Shown: positions 1 through 11,524 of the stretch, in pieces
Layout of the letters: every line of letters begins with the position of its first letter
Position numbering within the stretch: the stretch's first letter is position 1
From: Piromyces finnis finn
Taxonomy: Eukaryota; Fungi; Neocallimastigomycota
NCBI GenBank assembly: GCA_002104945.1
Contig: MCFH01000030.1
Coordinates: 567,783 to 631,782, forward strand
Length of the DNA stretch: 64,000 nucleotides
Reading direction: 5' to 3'
Notes under the pieces: generated by a model
Seen by the model: only the letters and a program-made list of their open reading frames with translations
Told to the model about the DNA's origin: nothing
Database searches by the model: none
Made by a program: the position numbers and the translations under genes

Positions 1-2017
1 AACATCTAAGGCTAATGTCAAATTAGATGGACAATTCTCGAAATCTTTTGATGTGAAGAAAGGAGTCCGTCAAGGTTGCCCACTTTCTCCTATTCTCTTT
101 AATCTCTTTATTAATGATATATTTAAAGAGTGCGAAGATCTAGGAGTCAGTTTAGGTGACACTCGATGCTGTGGTGGACTTTTTGCAGATGATATAGTTA
201 TTTGTGCTCCAACAAGAGGATGATTAAAAAAGATGCTTAGAAGAGTTAATGAATGGGCCTTGTATAATGAAATGGAATTTGGTATCCAGAAATGTTCAAC
301 GATGGTGATTCGTCCTGAATCAATAGAAAATCAGATCAAGAGAGATCCAACATTTTACTTAGCAGGACAACCCATTCCAACTACTGATTGCTATACTTAT
401 CTTGGTGTTCCATTTGATAAGAATTTGTCCCTTAAACCAGTAATTAAAGCTCTTAATAACAAGGTTTTGAAAGGACTTTTCTCAGTCAGTAAATTCTTAA
501 GAAATCATAATATTCCTATTCCTTTCAAAAAACTAGTACTTAACTCACAAGTGATTAGCAGAGTTTCATACTTTGCACCATTACTTGGATCCAACAAAGC
601 TAGGTCTAGGATTGCTCAGAAGCATGTTAACAAAGGAATACGATGGGTTGCCGGAGTTCATAAAGCCGTATCGTTTATATCTTTATACTCTATCTCAAAA
701 GATTTGAATATTCCTCCATTGTCAGCCAAATGTGCGTTAGCTCAGGTTAGATGTTTTAACAAATGGAAAAACTCGAATTGTATTATCTCACACCTTGTCA
801 ATTACATTCCTAAATTTAGAAAATACACGTGGTGCAAATCAAGTAGGACACTTGATAAAAAACTAAAGAAACATGGAGATATTAAAGCAGTTAAAAACTT
901 TTATTGGAAAGATCTCAAAAGGAATTCAATCAAAGCGCAATATTATGATGATAATAAATTTAGTGAAACTAAAGATTTTATTAAATTATGTTATGAATAC
1001 CCAGAGTTTGCCTATGGCTTCTACTGGCTATTGAAAGCAAGAAGCGGATACAAGTTGGATGCTAGAGTTGCCAAAGCTGCTAAATTTGTTGATCCAGTTT
1101 GTCCTAACTACTGTCCATGTTGCAAGTGTGGAGATCAAAGTTTTAAACATTGGTTATTAGATTGTCCAACATTTAGAGATATCCGTATTAAGCATTATGA
1201 TTCCATAGTCCAGCTATTAAATTTTTTCAGTAAACGTAATTCCAACAATCCTATCAATAATAATGAAAATGTTAATATCAGTAGAGATAGCAATAGTATT
1301 AATAGTAATAGTAGCAATAGTAGTAATAATAATAACAATAGTAGTAGTAGAAATAATAATATTAGTAATGATAATAGTGAAGATAATAATTCTAATTTAG
1401 ATAGTAATTTAGTTAATGATAGTAATAGTTCTAATAATCCGGTGAATATTAATGTGTATGATTATTCTAGTGTGTGCAGTAAAATATTTAAATTCCTTCT
1501 TGGGGGAAGAAGTTTTAACAATATTAATTACAATTCAAGGGAATGGAAAGAACTTTGTAAGCGTCAGATTCAATCTGGTACTAATGAAGGAACACCATTC
1601 TTGACGGTAACCGCGGAACTTCTAACCAAAATCATGCCTTTTGCTATTGGCTAGCAATGGTCAATGTTCAAAAGGTTTGAAGCAACATCCAAGAGCGTCA
1701 ATGCTGAAGAAACAGTAAGACAGGCCAGGAGGGCCAGCGCAACCAATGGAGATCATAATTTTGTTCCATGACAAAATTTTGATCTTTGGCTCGGTGTCCC
1801 ATTGGAAGTCAAATACAATTATTATACTTTAGTATGATAGTGGCTTTCTTACTTTAATTAAAATTACTAGAATACATTATACCCAATTTTTATTCATTTG
1901 TGTTTATTTAAACATATTTTATTTTTATTTTTATTTTTAATTTTTTATGTAACATGTATTATAATTTTAATTAAATTAATAATAAAGTTTAAAATATTTG
2001 ATCCTAAAAAAAAAAAA
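1..2017 (+). mobile_element. LINE (non-LTR retrotransposon) copy A, 3' part; 5' end outside window
   Basis: Frame from nt 2 reads GVRQGCPLSPILFNLFIND...LFADDI (RT motifs), then a TGA at 221-223 (TGC in copy C), ORF 233-1654 with CCHC-type finger CPCCKCGDQSFKHWLLDC and an Asn/Ser-rich tract, a 3' UTR, and an A12 tail at 2006-2017. Near-identical to 9300-11115. Confidence 0.95.
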
Positions 2018-2149
2018 GACCTAATCGAGAGCGCCGACGTCTCATCGATATTTATAAGATAGACTAATTAAATATTAATTATAGTTTTGTCTCCTGTAAA
2101 TTCTTAATTTTGAGAATATTTTTTATTTAGAATACGATCGTATGAACAA

Positions 2150-2740
2150 TTTAATTGAAAGGAGTATAATAAAAATGTCTATACTTTTAAATATTATTTT
2201 TAAGGTGGGTGGGAAATTTACTGTAAGTTTAGAAAATATATATATTGTTGCTTTGACTTTTTTGCAGATGATATACTTATTTTATCACCAAGAACATATA
2301 TATAAAGTTAAATGAAGATAATAAATAAGCTGTCCATAATAAAATTTATATTTAATACCAATAGATGTTTAACAAAAATAGTATTTATTTTTGTAAGTAC
2401 AATTATCCTAAAGCCAGTAATATTCAACATTTTATATATCTAAAGTATATTTAAATTAAATATAATTAAGATTTTAAATATTAATCGAAATGAAATTAAA
2501 TTCTATTACAAATTTATATGGTTTATTTAATCTAGTAAATATAATTAAAAAGATATAAAATTAATTTTTCAGATGCTATTAATAATTTGATAAAAAATTT
2601 TACGGATATTAGAAATAATAATTATAATAAAAGAAATAAAGAATCCTCAAGTATTTTTCTTATAGATACTTATGTATCTTTCTGGAGAAATTAAAAAACA
2701 AGAAATCAATATATTTTCTTGGGTACAAAAATAAGAATAT
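2150..2740 (+). pseudogene. Highly decayed LINE reverse-transcriptase remnant
   Basis: GAAAGGAGT at ~2157 matches the KGV motif of copy A; TTTGCAGATGATATA (FADDI) at ~2261-2275; TTATCCTAAAGCCAGTAAT (~2404) resembles TTGTCCCTTAAACCAGTAAT of copy A. Collinear but full of stops. Confidence 0.45.
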
Positions 2741-5638
2741 TTTAATGGTTAAGTTTTGTAAAAAAAAAAAAAAAAAATTAAAAAATTTTGCAATTAAAAT
2801 ATATAATTTATATTATTGTTATTATATAAATCTTATTTATTAAGAATTAATATTTATTAAATATATTAATCCTTCTTAATTACATATTTAAAACATTATT
2901 TAAGTTTTATCATTAAAAAAAAAAAAAAAATAGAAATAAAATACTATTAAGTAATATTCTAATTTCTTATGTTTTATTTATTACTTTTAATATAAATTAT
3001 TCTTAAATAAATATATTAAAGTTTTAATGTTTTAAAAATATTCATTTTGTTTTAACAAATTAGCGAACTGGTTATGATACAAATTTCAAAAAGTTTATGG
3101 TAAATTAAACTGTTTTTTTTTTTTTCTTATCCTAATTATAATTTATTATTGAAATTATAATTATTTTAGGTATTTAATAAAAAAAAGAAACCTAGTATAT
3201 CCATAATATATTATAGGAATAAATAATTTTTTTTTCTTCAAGTTTTCAAGTTTTATTAAAAAAAAAAAAAATTTCCTATTTATTTAACATTTATTAATAA
3301 TTAAAGTTTAAAAGCTATATTAAATTTTATATCTTTAATAGTTAAGAAATATTACACAAAATTATATACAAAATAGGTAAATGTAACAAAAAAGAAAAAT
3401 ATTTATATAAAAGTTTTTTTCTTTTTTAAAGTATTATTGTATTATTATTATCATTAAAAAAAAATAATGATAATTTTAAATTATGCCAATAGATACAAAT
3501 ACTTGTACACATTACAAAAGATACCCGTACATTATATATTTTATTTTTCAAAATTAAATTTATATTATTTTTTTTTTAGTGTTGGTTTTATTTTTCAAAT
3601 TTTAATAGTTATTTTTCATTATAATAGTTATTGATTATTAAAACTTTATTATTATTTAAAATATAATTGTGAAACAATATATATTTTGTATTATTATATT
3701 AAATAAAACTTTGTGGTGAATATTAAATTATCATTAAATAATTATTATAAATTCCAATTTTTTATTTCGATAATTTAAAAACATTTCAAATAGATCTGAT
3801 ATAAATTACATGTTTCTTTTTTTTTCTTTTATTATAACATTTCATTAATGTTTAATTAATATTAAAATATATAAAATTAATACAATAACAGTTAACTGAT
3901 AGAAATTATAAGTTTTTTTATTCTTCTAAAAAAAAAGTATGAATAATTAATATGGGAATGAACATTAATTGAAATTATAAAATATTATTATTGTATTGCC
4001 CAATAAGATAAAACAAAATTAGATGGATTGTCCTTTTCATATCAAACTTTATTTCTATTTAAAATCTCAAAATTACAATTATACCATATAGAATAATAAT
4101 AAAAAATAAAATTGATTATCACTTTTTGAAAATACAATTTTAAGAATATCATTTTTCACTATCGCATTATTATGTATAAATAATTTATGTTATTATATAT
4201 TATAATAAATAAATACTACTAAATTAACCATATACACTATATATTTTTATTAATATTAATGATTTTATAATGATTAAATATTAATAAAGTATATATATCA
4301 AAAATGATAGTATTAGTTTTAAGTATTTTTTTTTTCATCCAAGATATAAAGTTTAATTTTATTTTATTAAAAAACTTCATATTAATATATTTTTAATTAA
4401 ATATAAATTAAAAACTTCAGAAATAATAGTTAATGTTTCCCTTTTAATTAAATTTTAATTAAAAAATTTCCATAAATAATAATATTTAGAATTTATACAA
4501 ATAATTTTTAAAAACTCATAATTTAATGTTTATTTATTCACTAATATTTAATATTAGTATTGATTTGAGGAATAATAATAGAAATAAAAATATAATAGTT
4601 ATACCACTACTACTAATAATGATAATAAGATAAAACCATAAAAAAATATAAAAAATATATAAATTATTAAAATTTTTAAGATTTATAAAAGTTTTATAAT
4701 TTTTATTATATTTGCTAAAAGTTATTATTATCAATAATTATTATAATTAGAAATTAGTATTATAATATTTGCATAATAATAAAAAAGAAAGTTACTATAA
4801 TACTAAAAAAAATGTTTTATTTTATATTTTTTTAGGCAAAACATTAATATTATCTATTTTAAAATATAATAAAAATTCAAAATTTTATTGGTTTTTGCTT
4901 TATTAGTAGTTGCATCTAAAAAATTTAAACTTTTAATACTTATAATTTTAAGTTTACCACATAATATCGAGAAATTTAAAGATAAAAATAGTTATTTTAA
5001 TTTCTACTTTAATTTCTATAAAATGATTCTATTTGTTAAAGGAAAAAAAGTCTCGTATATTGTTGGTAATGATTTATTAATATTAACATTATTGGTATAT
5101 AAAGTTATTTTAATTTTTAGTTTTTATTAAATTACTGGTTTTTTATATATATATATATTGATTATTATTATGCCTTTTTATTTGTTATTTTATTATTATT
5201 ATACCTACTTTTTTTTAAAAGGTTACTTTTTAATATTAATATTATTATTTTTAAAAATCTAAAATATTATGAAAATTTTTAAAACTTTATTATTAAGTTT
5301 TTTTATTGAATATTTTAGATCATAATGATTTCTTAATATTATTATTTTTTGTACTACCAATTTTGCTTTTTAGTATAAAAAGAATGTTTTTGAACTTTTT
5401 TTGCATCTCATTACTAATAAAAAGTATATAATTAATTTTTATTTAATTTCTTTTATAATAAAAAGAAAAAAAAAAGAGTAATATTATTATTATTACTCTT
5501 TTGTAAATTTGTAATATATATAAAAAAAATAATATTTTTTAAATAATTTTTTTATTTAAGATAGAAAAATTAATATTACAGAAAATAAATATTTAAAAAT
5601 TAATAATTTATTAGATAATATAAGTAAATTAATTAAAA

Positions 5639-8599
5639 ATGAAGGCATTTTTATTTATCCCATTTTTAGGTAAATAACAATATATATTTTTTTTTCTTTG
5701 TTATATGTTATATATTTTCATTTCAAAAATAACATTATTAATATAATTCATTTTTAATATAATTGTAGTATCCACTGTATTAGGTGGTTTCTTAAGTGGT
5801 TTAGACAGAACATTTGATGAAGTTGAATCAAAAATAATTGACTTATATGTCACTTTACCAACAAGTCAAGTTAATAGTTTAATATCTATGACTCAAATTT
5901 CTCAATCTAAAGTTCAAAGTGTTGGAGCTAACAATATTCCTGATTTTTCATATGATGATGCTACCATCGTTGTAAAATGGAATGGGTATATATATTATGA
6001 TCATAAATTTATTCTTGAAAATAAATTAAAAGTATTTTTAATACTTATACTTTTTTTTTTTTTAAAAAATAATAAATATAAATAATTTAATGATAGAAAT
6101 TCTAAAACCTTTGATAAAGTAACTTTTAAAACTGGTGGTATGTATGGCCGTTCCTATGATAAAGTTGGATTTAATCTTAAATTCGATAAGAAATTCTTAG
6201 GTCGTAAAAGTTTCAAGCTTAGACCAGATAGTGGTGATGCTAGTAAAATCCGTTCCAAACTTTGTTGTGATATCGTTAACAGATTAGGTTTACCATCTAT
6301 TCAAGGAACTTATGCTAGACTTTACATGAACAATGAATTCTGGGGTTTATACGTTTTTATGGATTCTCTTAAAACATCATGGATTAAGAATACTTTCAAT
6401 CCATCTGAAAAAGAAGTTACTACTTTATATCAATGTAAGAATGGTGGTTTTAATTTTAGATCTTCTTCTTCTTATGCCTGTATTAATGCTAATGATGATT
6501 ATCCAGATATGACTGAATTCAAGAAATTTATTAATGACGTAAACAATGCTAAATCAGTTTCTGAAATTGAAAAAATTATGGATGTTGATGGTTTCTTAAA
6601 ACACTTAGCTTTTGAATGGTTAATTGGTTCTTTTGATCATTTCTTATATTACGGTCATAACTTTGTTTGGTACAAGAGAGAAAGTGATGGTAAATGGGTT
6701 GTTATATACTACGATTTTGATAATACTTTTGGTAATGGTGTAAGCTCTTCTTTATGGTCTAATAAGGGTTTGAATCAAGATGGTACTGGTGCTAATCGTG
6801 GTAATCAACCTGTCAATTATACTTTTGCTGACTGGGAAAACAATATTCCAATTCTTAAAACTTTAGTTTACCAAAATAAAACTAAATTTAAGCAAATTGT
6901 TCGTGACGTTTTAGTTCAAGCTTTCAATCCTACCCTCTTAAATTCTCGTATTAATGAAATTAAACAATTTATTTCTCCATACGTCAAAGAAGATTTTACT
7001 CCAAACTCAAATGGAAAATACCCAGGAAGAATCAATAACTCTGGTTCTAAGACTTCTACTTCTTACAGTTATTTCGAATATAATATTGAAAACAGTCTTA
7101 AGACTTGGATCAAAACAAAGTTTGAAGTTGCTTGTTCAAACTATGGTTTTAGTCAAAGCGAAATTTTAGCTGAATCTTCAAAGTTCACTCCAAAACCATA
7201 CAACTATGGATCTAGTTCTTCATCTACCGAACAACCAAAAACTACTACTACCAAATCATCCACTTCAACCACCCAATCAACTAGTTCTGGAAAGAGATAC
7301 GATATTATCAAGGAAGGATCCTCAAAGATTTCTGTTGAATGGGAAGATTGGTCATGGGGTGTTGAAAGTAGTAGATTCAATTCAAAGGGTGAAATGGCTA
7401 ATAATATTGTTGCTGGTAAGTGGGGAGGTGTTTCCTTTAAGAGAAATGACGGTGCTCAATTAGGTTCTGGTACTTTACACTTTATGGCTAGAACTAATGA
7501 TACCTCTGCTACCCTTCAAGTCTTATTACATCTTAGTGAAGTTGACGAATATGTTAGTGCAGGTAATGTTAAGAGTACTTCAACTTCTAAATTAACAGAA
7601 TTCAATGTTGCTATTGAAGAACCATCTGCTGGTAAATATGATAGAATTACAATTCAAGATGCCAATAATAAGGGTCTTATATTATATCTTAACGACGTTT
7701 ACTTTATTGATGGTGCTTCCACTACAACTACTACAACAACTATTAAGACAACAACTACCACAACTGTTAAGAAGACAACCACTACTACAACTACTGTTAA
7801 GCCAACTACTACAACAACAACTGTCAAATCAACTACTACCACAACTGTAAAACCAACTACTACAACTACTACTAAAAAGACTACCACTACTACTAATACT
7901 CCAGAACCAACCAGTACTGGAAAGAGATACGATATTATCAAGGAAGGATCCTCAAAGATTTCTGTTGAATGGGAAGATTGGTCATGGGGTGTTGAAAGTA
8001 GTAGATTCAATTCAAAGGGTGAAATGGTTAATAATATTGTTGCTGGTAAGTGGGGAGGTGTTTCCTTTAAGAGAAATGACGGTGCTCAATTAGGTTCTGG
8101 TACTTTACATTTTATGGCTAGAACTAATGATACCTCTGCTACCCTTCAAGTCTTATTACATCTTAGTGAAGTTGACGAATATGTTAGTGCAGGTAATGTT
8201 AAGAGTACTTCAACTTCTAAATTAACAGAATTCAATGTTGCTATTGAAGAACCATCTGCTGGTAAATATGATAGAATTACAATTCAAGATGCCAATAATA
8301 AGGGTCTTATATTATATCTTAACGATGTTTACTTTATTGATGGTGCTTCCACTACAACAACTACCACCATTAAGAAAACTACTACTGTTAAAACTACAAC
8401 TACTGTTAAGACTACAACTACAATTAAGGCCACAACCACTACTGCTAATTCAAAGCCAACCAATGGTTGTACTGAAATTACTAAAGGTTATTATCCATGT
8501 GGTGGTTTACTTTATCCAGATGCTTCTCCATGTTGTGAAGAAGGTTTCAAATGTGAAGTAGTCAATGAATATTTCTCAATGTGTTCATTAATCATTTAA
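5639..8599 (+). CDS. cotH: Secreted CotH-family atypical kinase with 2x CBM29, Thr-rich linkers and C-terminal CBM1-like module (916 aa)
   Basis: Exons 5639-5669, 5769-5985, 6097-8599 join in frame through GT-AG introns; signal-like N-terminus MKAFLFIPFLVSTVLG. CotH motifs KTGG..GRS, KLRPD..DA, D(HFLYYG)HNF, YDFDNTFG. Two modules with WSWG, GKWGGVSFKR, YDRITIQDA match CBM29; C-terminal CGG..Y...CC..GF.C...NEYFS.C matches CBM1. Confidence 0.88.
7287..8358 (+). repeat. Intragenic 442-bp direct repeat (7287-7728 and 7917-8358) encoding the two CBM29 modules
   Basis: Offset 630 bp; I count 3 differences (GCT/GTT, CAC/CAT, GAC/GAT). Confidence 0.95.
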
Positions 8600-9299
8600 A
8601 CGAAAGAAATCATAATAGAAAATTAATGAAAAACTAATCATTTATATAGAAGTAAATATAACTGGCTTATATAAATATATAAATGAATTATCTTTTTATT
8701 TAATTGTTACTTTTATTTTTATTTAAACATATAAATAATCATATAAATAATATAAATGATATAAATAATAATAATATAAATAATAATATAAATAACAATA
8801 ACAATATACTTATTGATATAATTAATAATATAATTAAAAATATAATTAAAAATATAATTAATAATAATAATTATAATTATTATAATGATAATTAAACGTA
8901 TATAATAATATAATATATAAAATATATTTAGTAGTCATTATTAATTACATAAATAAATATCTATTAGTAAATATGTATAAAAAATTATCAAAAAGAATAT
9001 TAATAAAATAAAGCATAAAAAACATAAAAAAAAAATATATAATAAAATAAATTAAGAAAATTTTAAAAACTCTAAAAAACTGTGAAATTAATTTTTTTAT
9101 AGCCATATGAAATGCTTATTTTTGGTGTTAATAAAATGCTACTATCGCTATTAAATTTATCAACTTTAAAGATGGTATAATGTGAAATATTTACAGATTT
9201 TTTATGTTGAAATTTATTTTTATTTATTTAATATTTTTATTTTTTATTAATTTAATATATTTTTAAATGTTATTATGTACAAGGTCATCATCCTTGTAT

Positions 9300-11115
9300 A
9301 TCCCTCTTGGAGGATACTTAAAAAAGATGCTTAGAAGAGTTAATGAATGGGCCTTGTATAATGAAATGGAATTTGGTATCCAGAAATGTTCAACGATGGT
9401 GATTCGTCCTGAATCAATAGAAAATCAGAACAAGAGAGATCCAACATTTTACTTAGCAGGACAACCCATTCCAACTACTGATTGTTATACTTATCTTGGT
9501 GTTCCATTTGATAAGAATCTGTCCCTTAAACCAGTTATTAAAGCTCTTAATAACAAGGTTTTGAAAGGACTTTTCTCAGTCAGTAAATTCTTAAGAAATC
9601 CTAATATTCCTATTCCTTTCAAAAAGCTAGTACTTAACTCACAAGTGATTAGCAGAGTTTCATACTTTGCACCATTACTTGGATCCAACAAAACTAGGTC
9701 TAGGATTGCTCAGAAGCATGTTAACAAAGGAATACGATGGGTTGCCGGAGTTCATAAAGCCGTATCGTTTATATCTTTATACTCTATCTCAAAAGATTTG
9801 AATATTCCTCCATTGTCAGCCAAATGTGCGTTAGCTCAGGTTAGATGTTTTAACAAATGGAAAAACTCGAATTGTATTATCTCACACCTTGTCAATTACA
9901 TTCCTAAATTTAGAAAATACACGTGGTGCAAATCAAGTAGGACACTTGATAAAAAACTAAAGAAACATGGAGATGTTAAAGCAATTAAAAACTTTTATTG
10001 GAAAGATCTCAAAGGGAATTCAATCAAAGCGCAATATTATGATGATAATAAATTTAGTGAAACTAAAGATTTTATTAAATTATGTTATGAATACCCAGAG
10101 TTTGCCTATGGCTTCTACTGGCTATTGAAAGCAAGAAGCGGATACAAGTTGGATGCTAGAGTTGCCAAAGCTGCTAAATTTGTTGATCCAGTTTGTCCTA
10201 ACTACTGTCCATGTTGCAAGTGTGGTGTTCAAAGTATTAAACATTGGTTATTAGATTGTCCAACATTTAGAGATATCCGTATTAAGCATTATGATTCCAT
10301 AGTCCAGCTACTAAATTTTTTCAGTCAACGTATTTCCAATAGTCCTATCAATAATAATGAAAATGTTAATATCAGTAGAGATAGCAATAACAGTAATAGT
10401 AATAGTAACAATAGTAGTAATAACAATAGTAGTAATAGAAATAATAATATTAGTAATGATAGCAATAGTGAAGATAATAATTCTAATTTAGATAGTAATT
10501 TAGTTAATGATAGTAATAGTTCTAATAATCCGGTGAATATTAATGTGTATGATTATTCTAGTGTGTGCAGTAAAATATTTAAATTCCTTCTTGGGGGAAG
10601 AAGTTTTAACAATATTAATTACAATTCAAGGGAATGGAAAGAACTTTGTAAGCGTCAGATTCAATCTGGTACTAACGAAGGAACACCATTCTTGACGGTA
10701 ACCGCGGAACTTCTAACCAAAATCATGCCTTTTGCTATTGGCTAGCAATGGTCAATGTTCAAAAGGTTTGAAGCAACATCCAAGAGCGTCAATGCTGAAG
10801 AAACAGTAAGACAGGCCAGGAGGGCCAGCGCAACCAATGGAGATCATAATTTTGTTCCATGACAAAATTTTGATCTTTGGCTCGGTGTCCCATTGGAAGT
10901 CAAATACAATTATTATACTTTAGTATGATAGTGGCTTTCTTACTTTAATTAAAATTACTAGAATACATTATACCCAATTTTTATTCATTTGTGTTTATTT
11001 AAACATATTTTATTTTTATTTTTATTTTTAATTTTTTATGTAACATGTATTATAATTTTAATTAAATTAATAATAAAGTTTAAAATATTTGATGCCATTA
11101 AAAAAAAAAAAAAAA
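9300..11115 (+). mobile_element. LINE copy B, 5'-truncated, with poly(A) tail and target-site duplication
   Basis: Starts just after the LFADDI region; A16 tail 11100-11115; TSD TCATCCTTGTAT at 9288-9299 and 11116-11127. ORF 9267-10745 is the LINE C-terminus with a fortuitous flank-derived start. Confidence 0.96.
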
Positions 11116-11240
11116 TCATCCTTGTATTTCATACTATCCCAGAAAAATAATTCCTTTTTTAAAAAAAGTTATAAAATTTAATCCATAAATATATGATTTT
11201 TCAACATAACAAAAAATATATTAAAATTTTAGAAATATTA

Positions 11241-11271
<31 letters not shown>

Positions 11272-11524
11272 AATATTATATTTATTAATATTTTTTTTTC
11301 AAGAATGATAGTTATGTGAATAAATAAATGAGTACAATAAATTATTGAAATATTATAAAATACAGAAAAACTATTATTGTAATGTGATTCAATTATATAA
11401 AAGAAAATGAATAATAACAAAGAAAAATAATTAAAAAATAATTTTTATATTAAAAGGATATTGATAATAAACTATTTTTATAATAGAGGTTATTTTTTAA
11501 TAATAATAATAAAAAAGTTTCATC

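Noticed and set aside
2024-2049. GC-rich hairpin ATCGAGAGCG-CCGA-CGTCTCATCGAT after the LINE A tail, as a possible Helitron 3' end
   Set aside because: No CTRR terminus at the expected distance on either strand and no Rep/helicase sequence.
4534-5130. Short ORFs in AT-rich DNA (also 8704, 22375, 29187, 30894, 30958, 43014, 45326, 46327)
   Set aside because: Low-complexity Ile/Asn/Phe/Leu/Tyr content, non-ATG starts, no motifs; expected by chance.
7605-8561. Alternative-frame and antisense Leu/Val-rich ORFs (also 39723-40268)
   Set aside because: Shadows of ACN-rich Thr linker codons.
233-11115. RIP-like hypermutation between LINE copies A and B
   Set aside because: Differences are few, include transversions, and show no evident one-way C-to-T bias.
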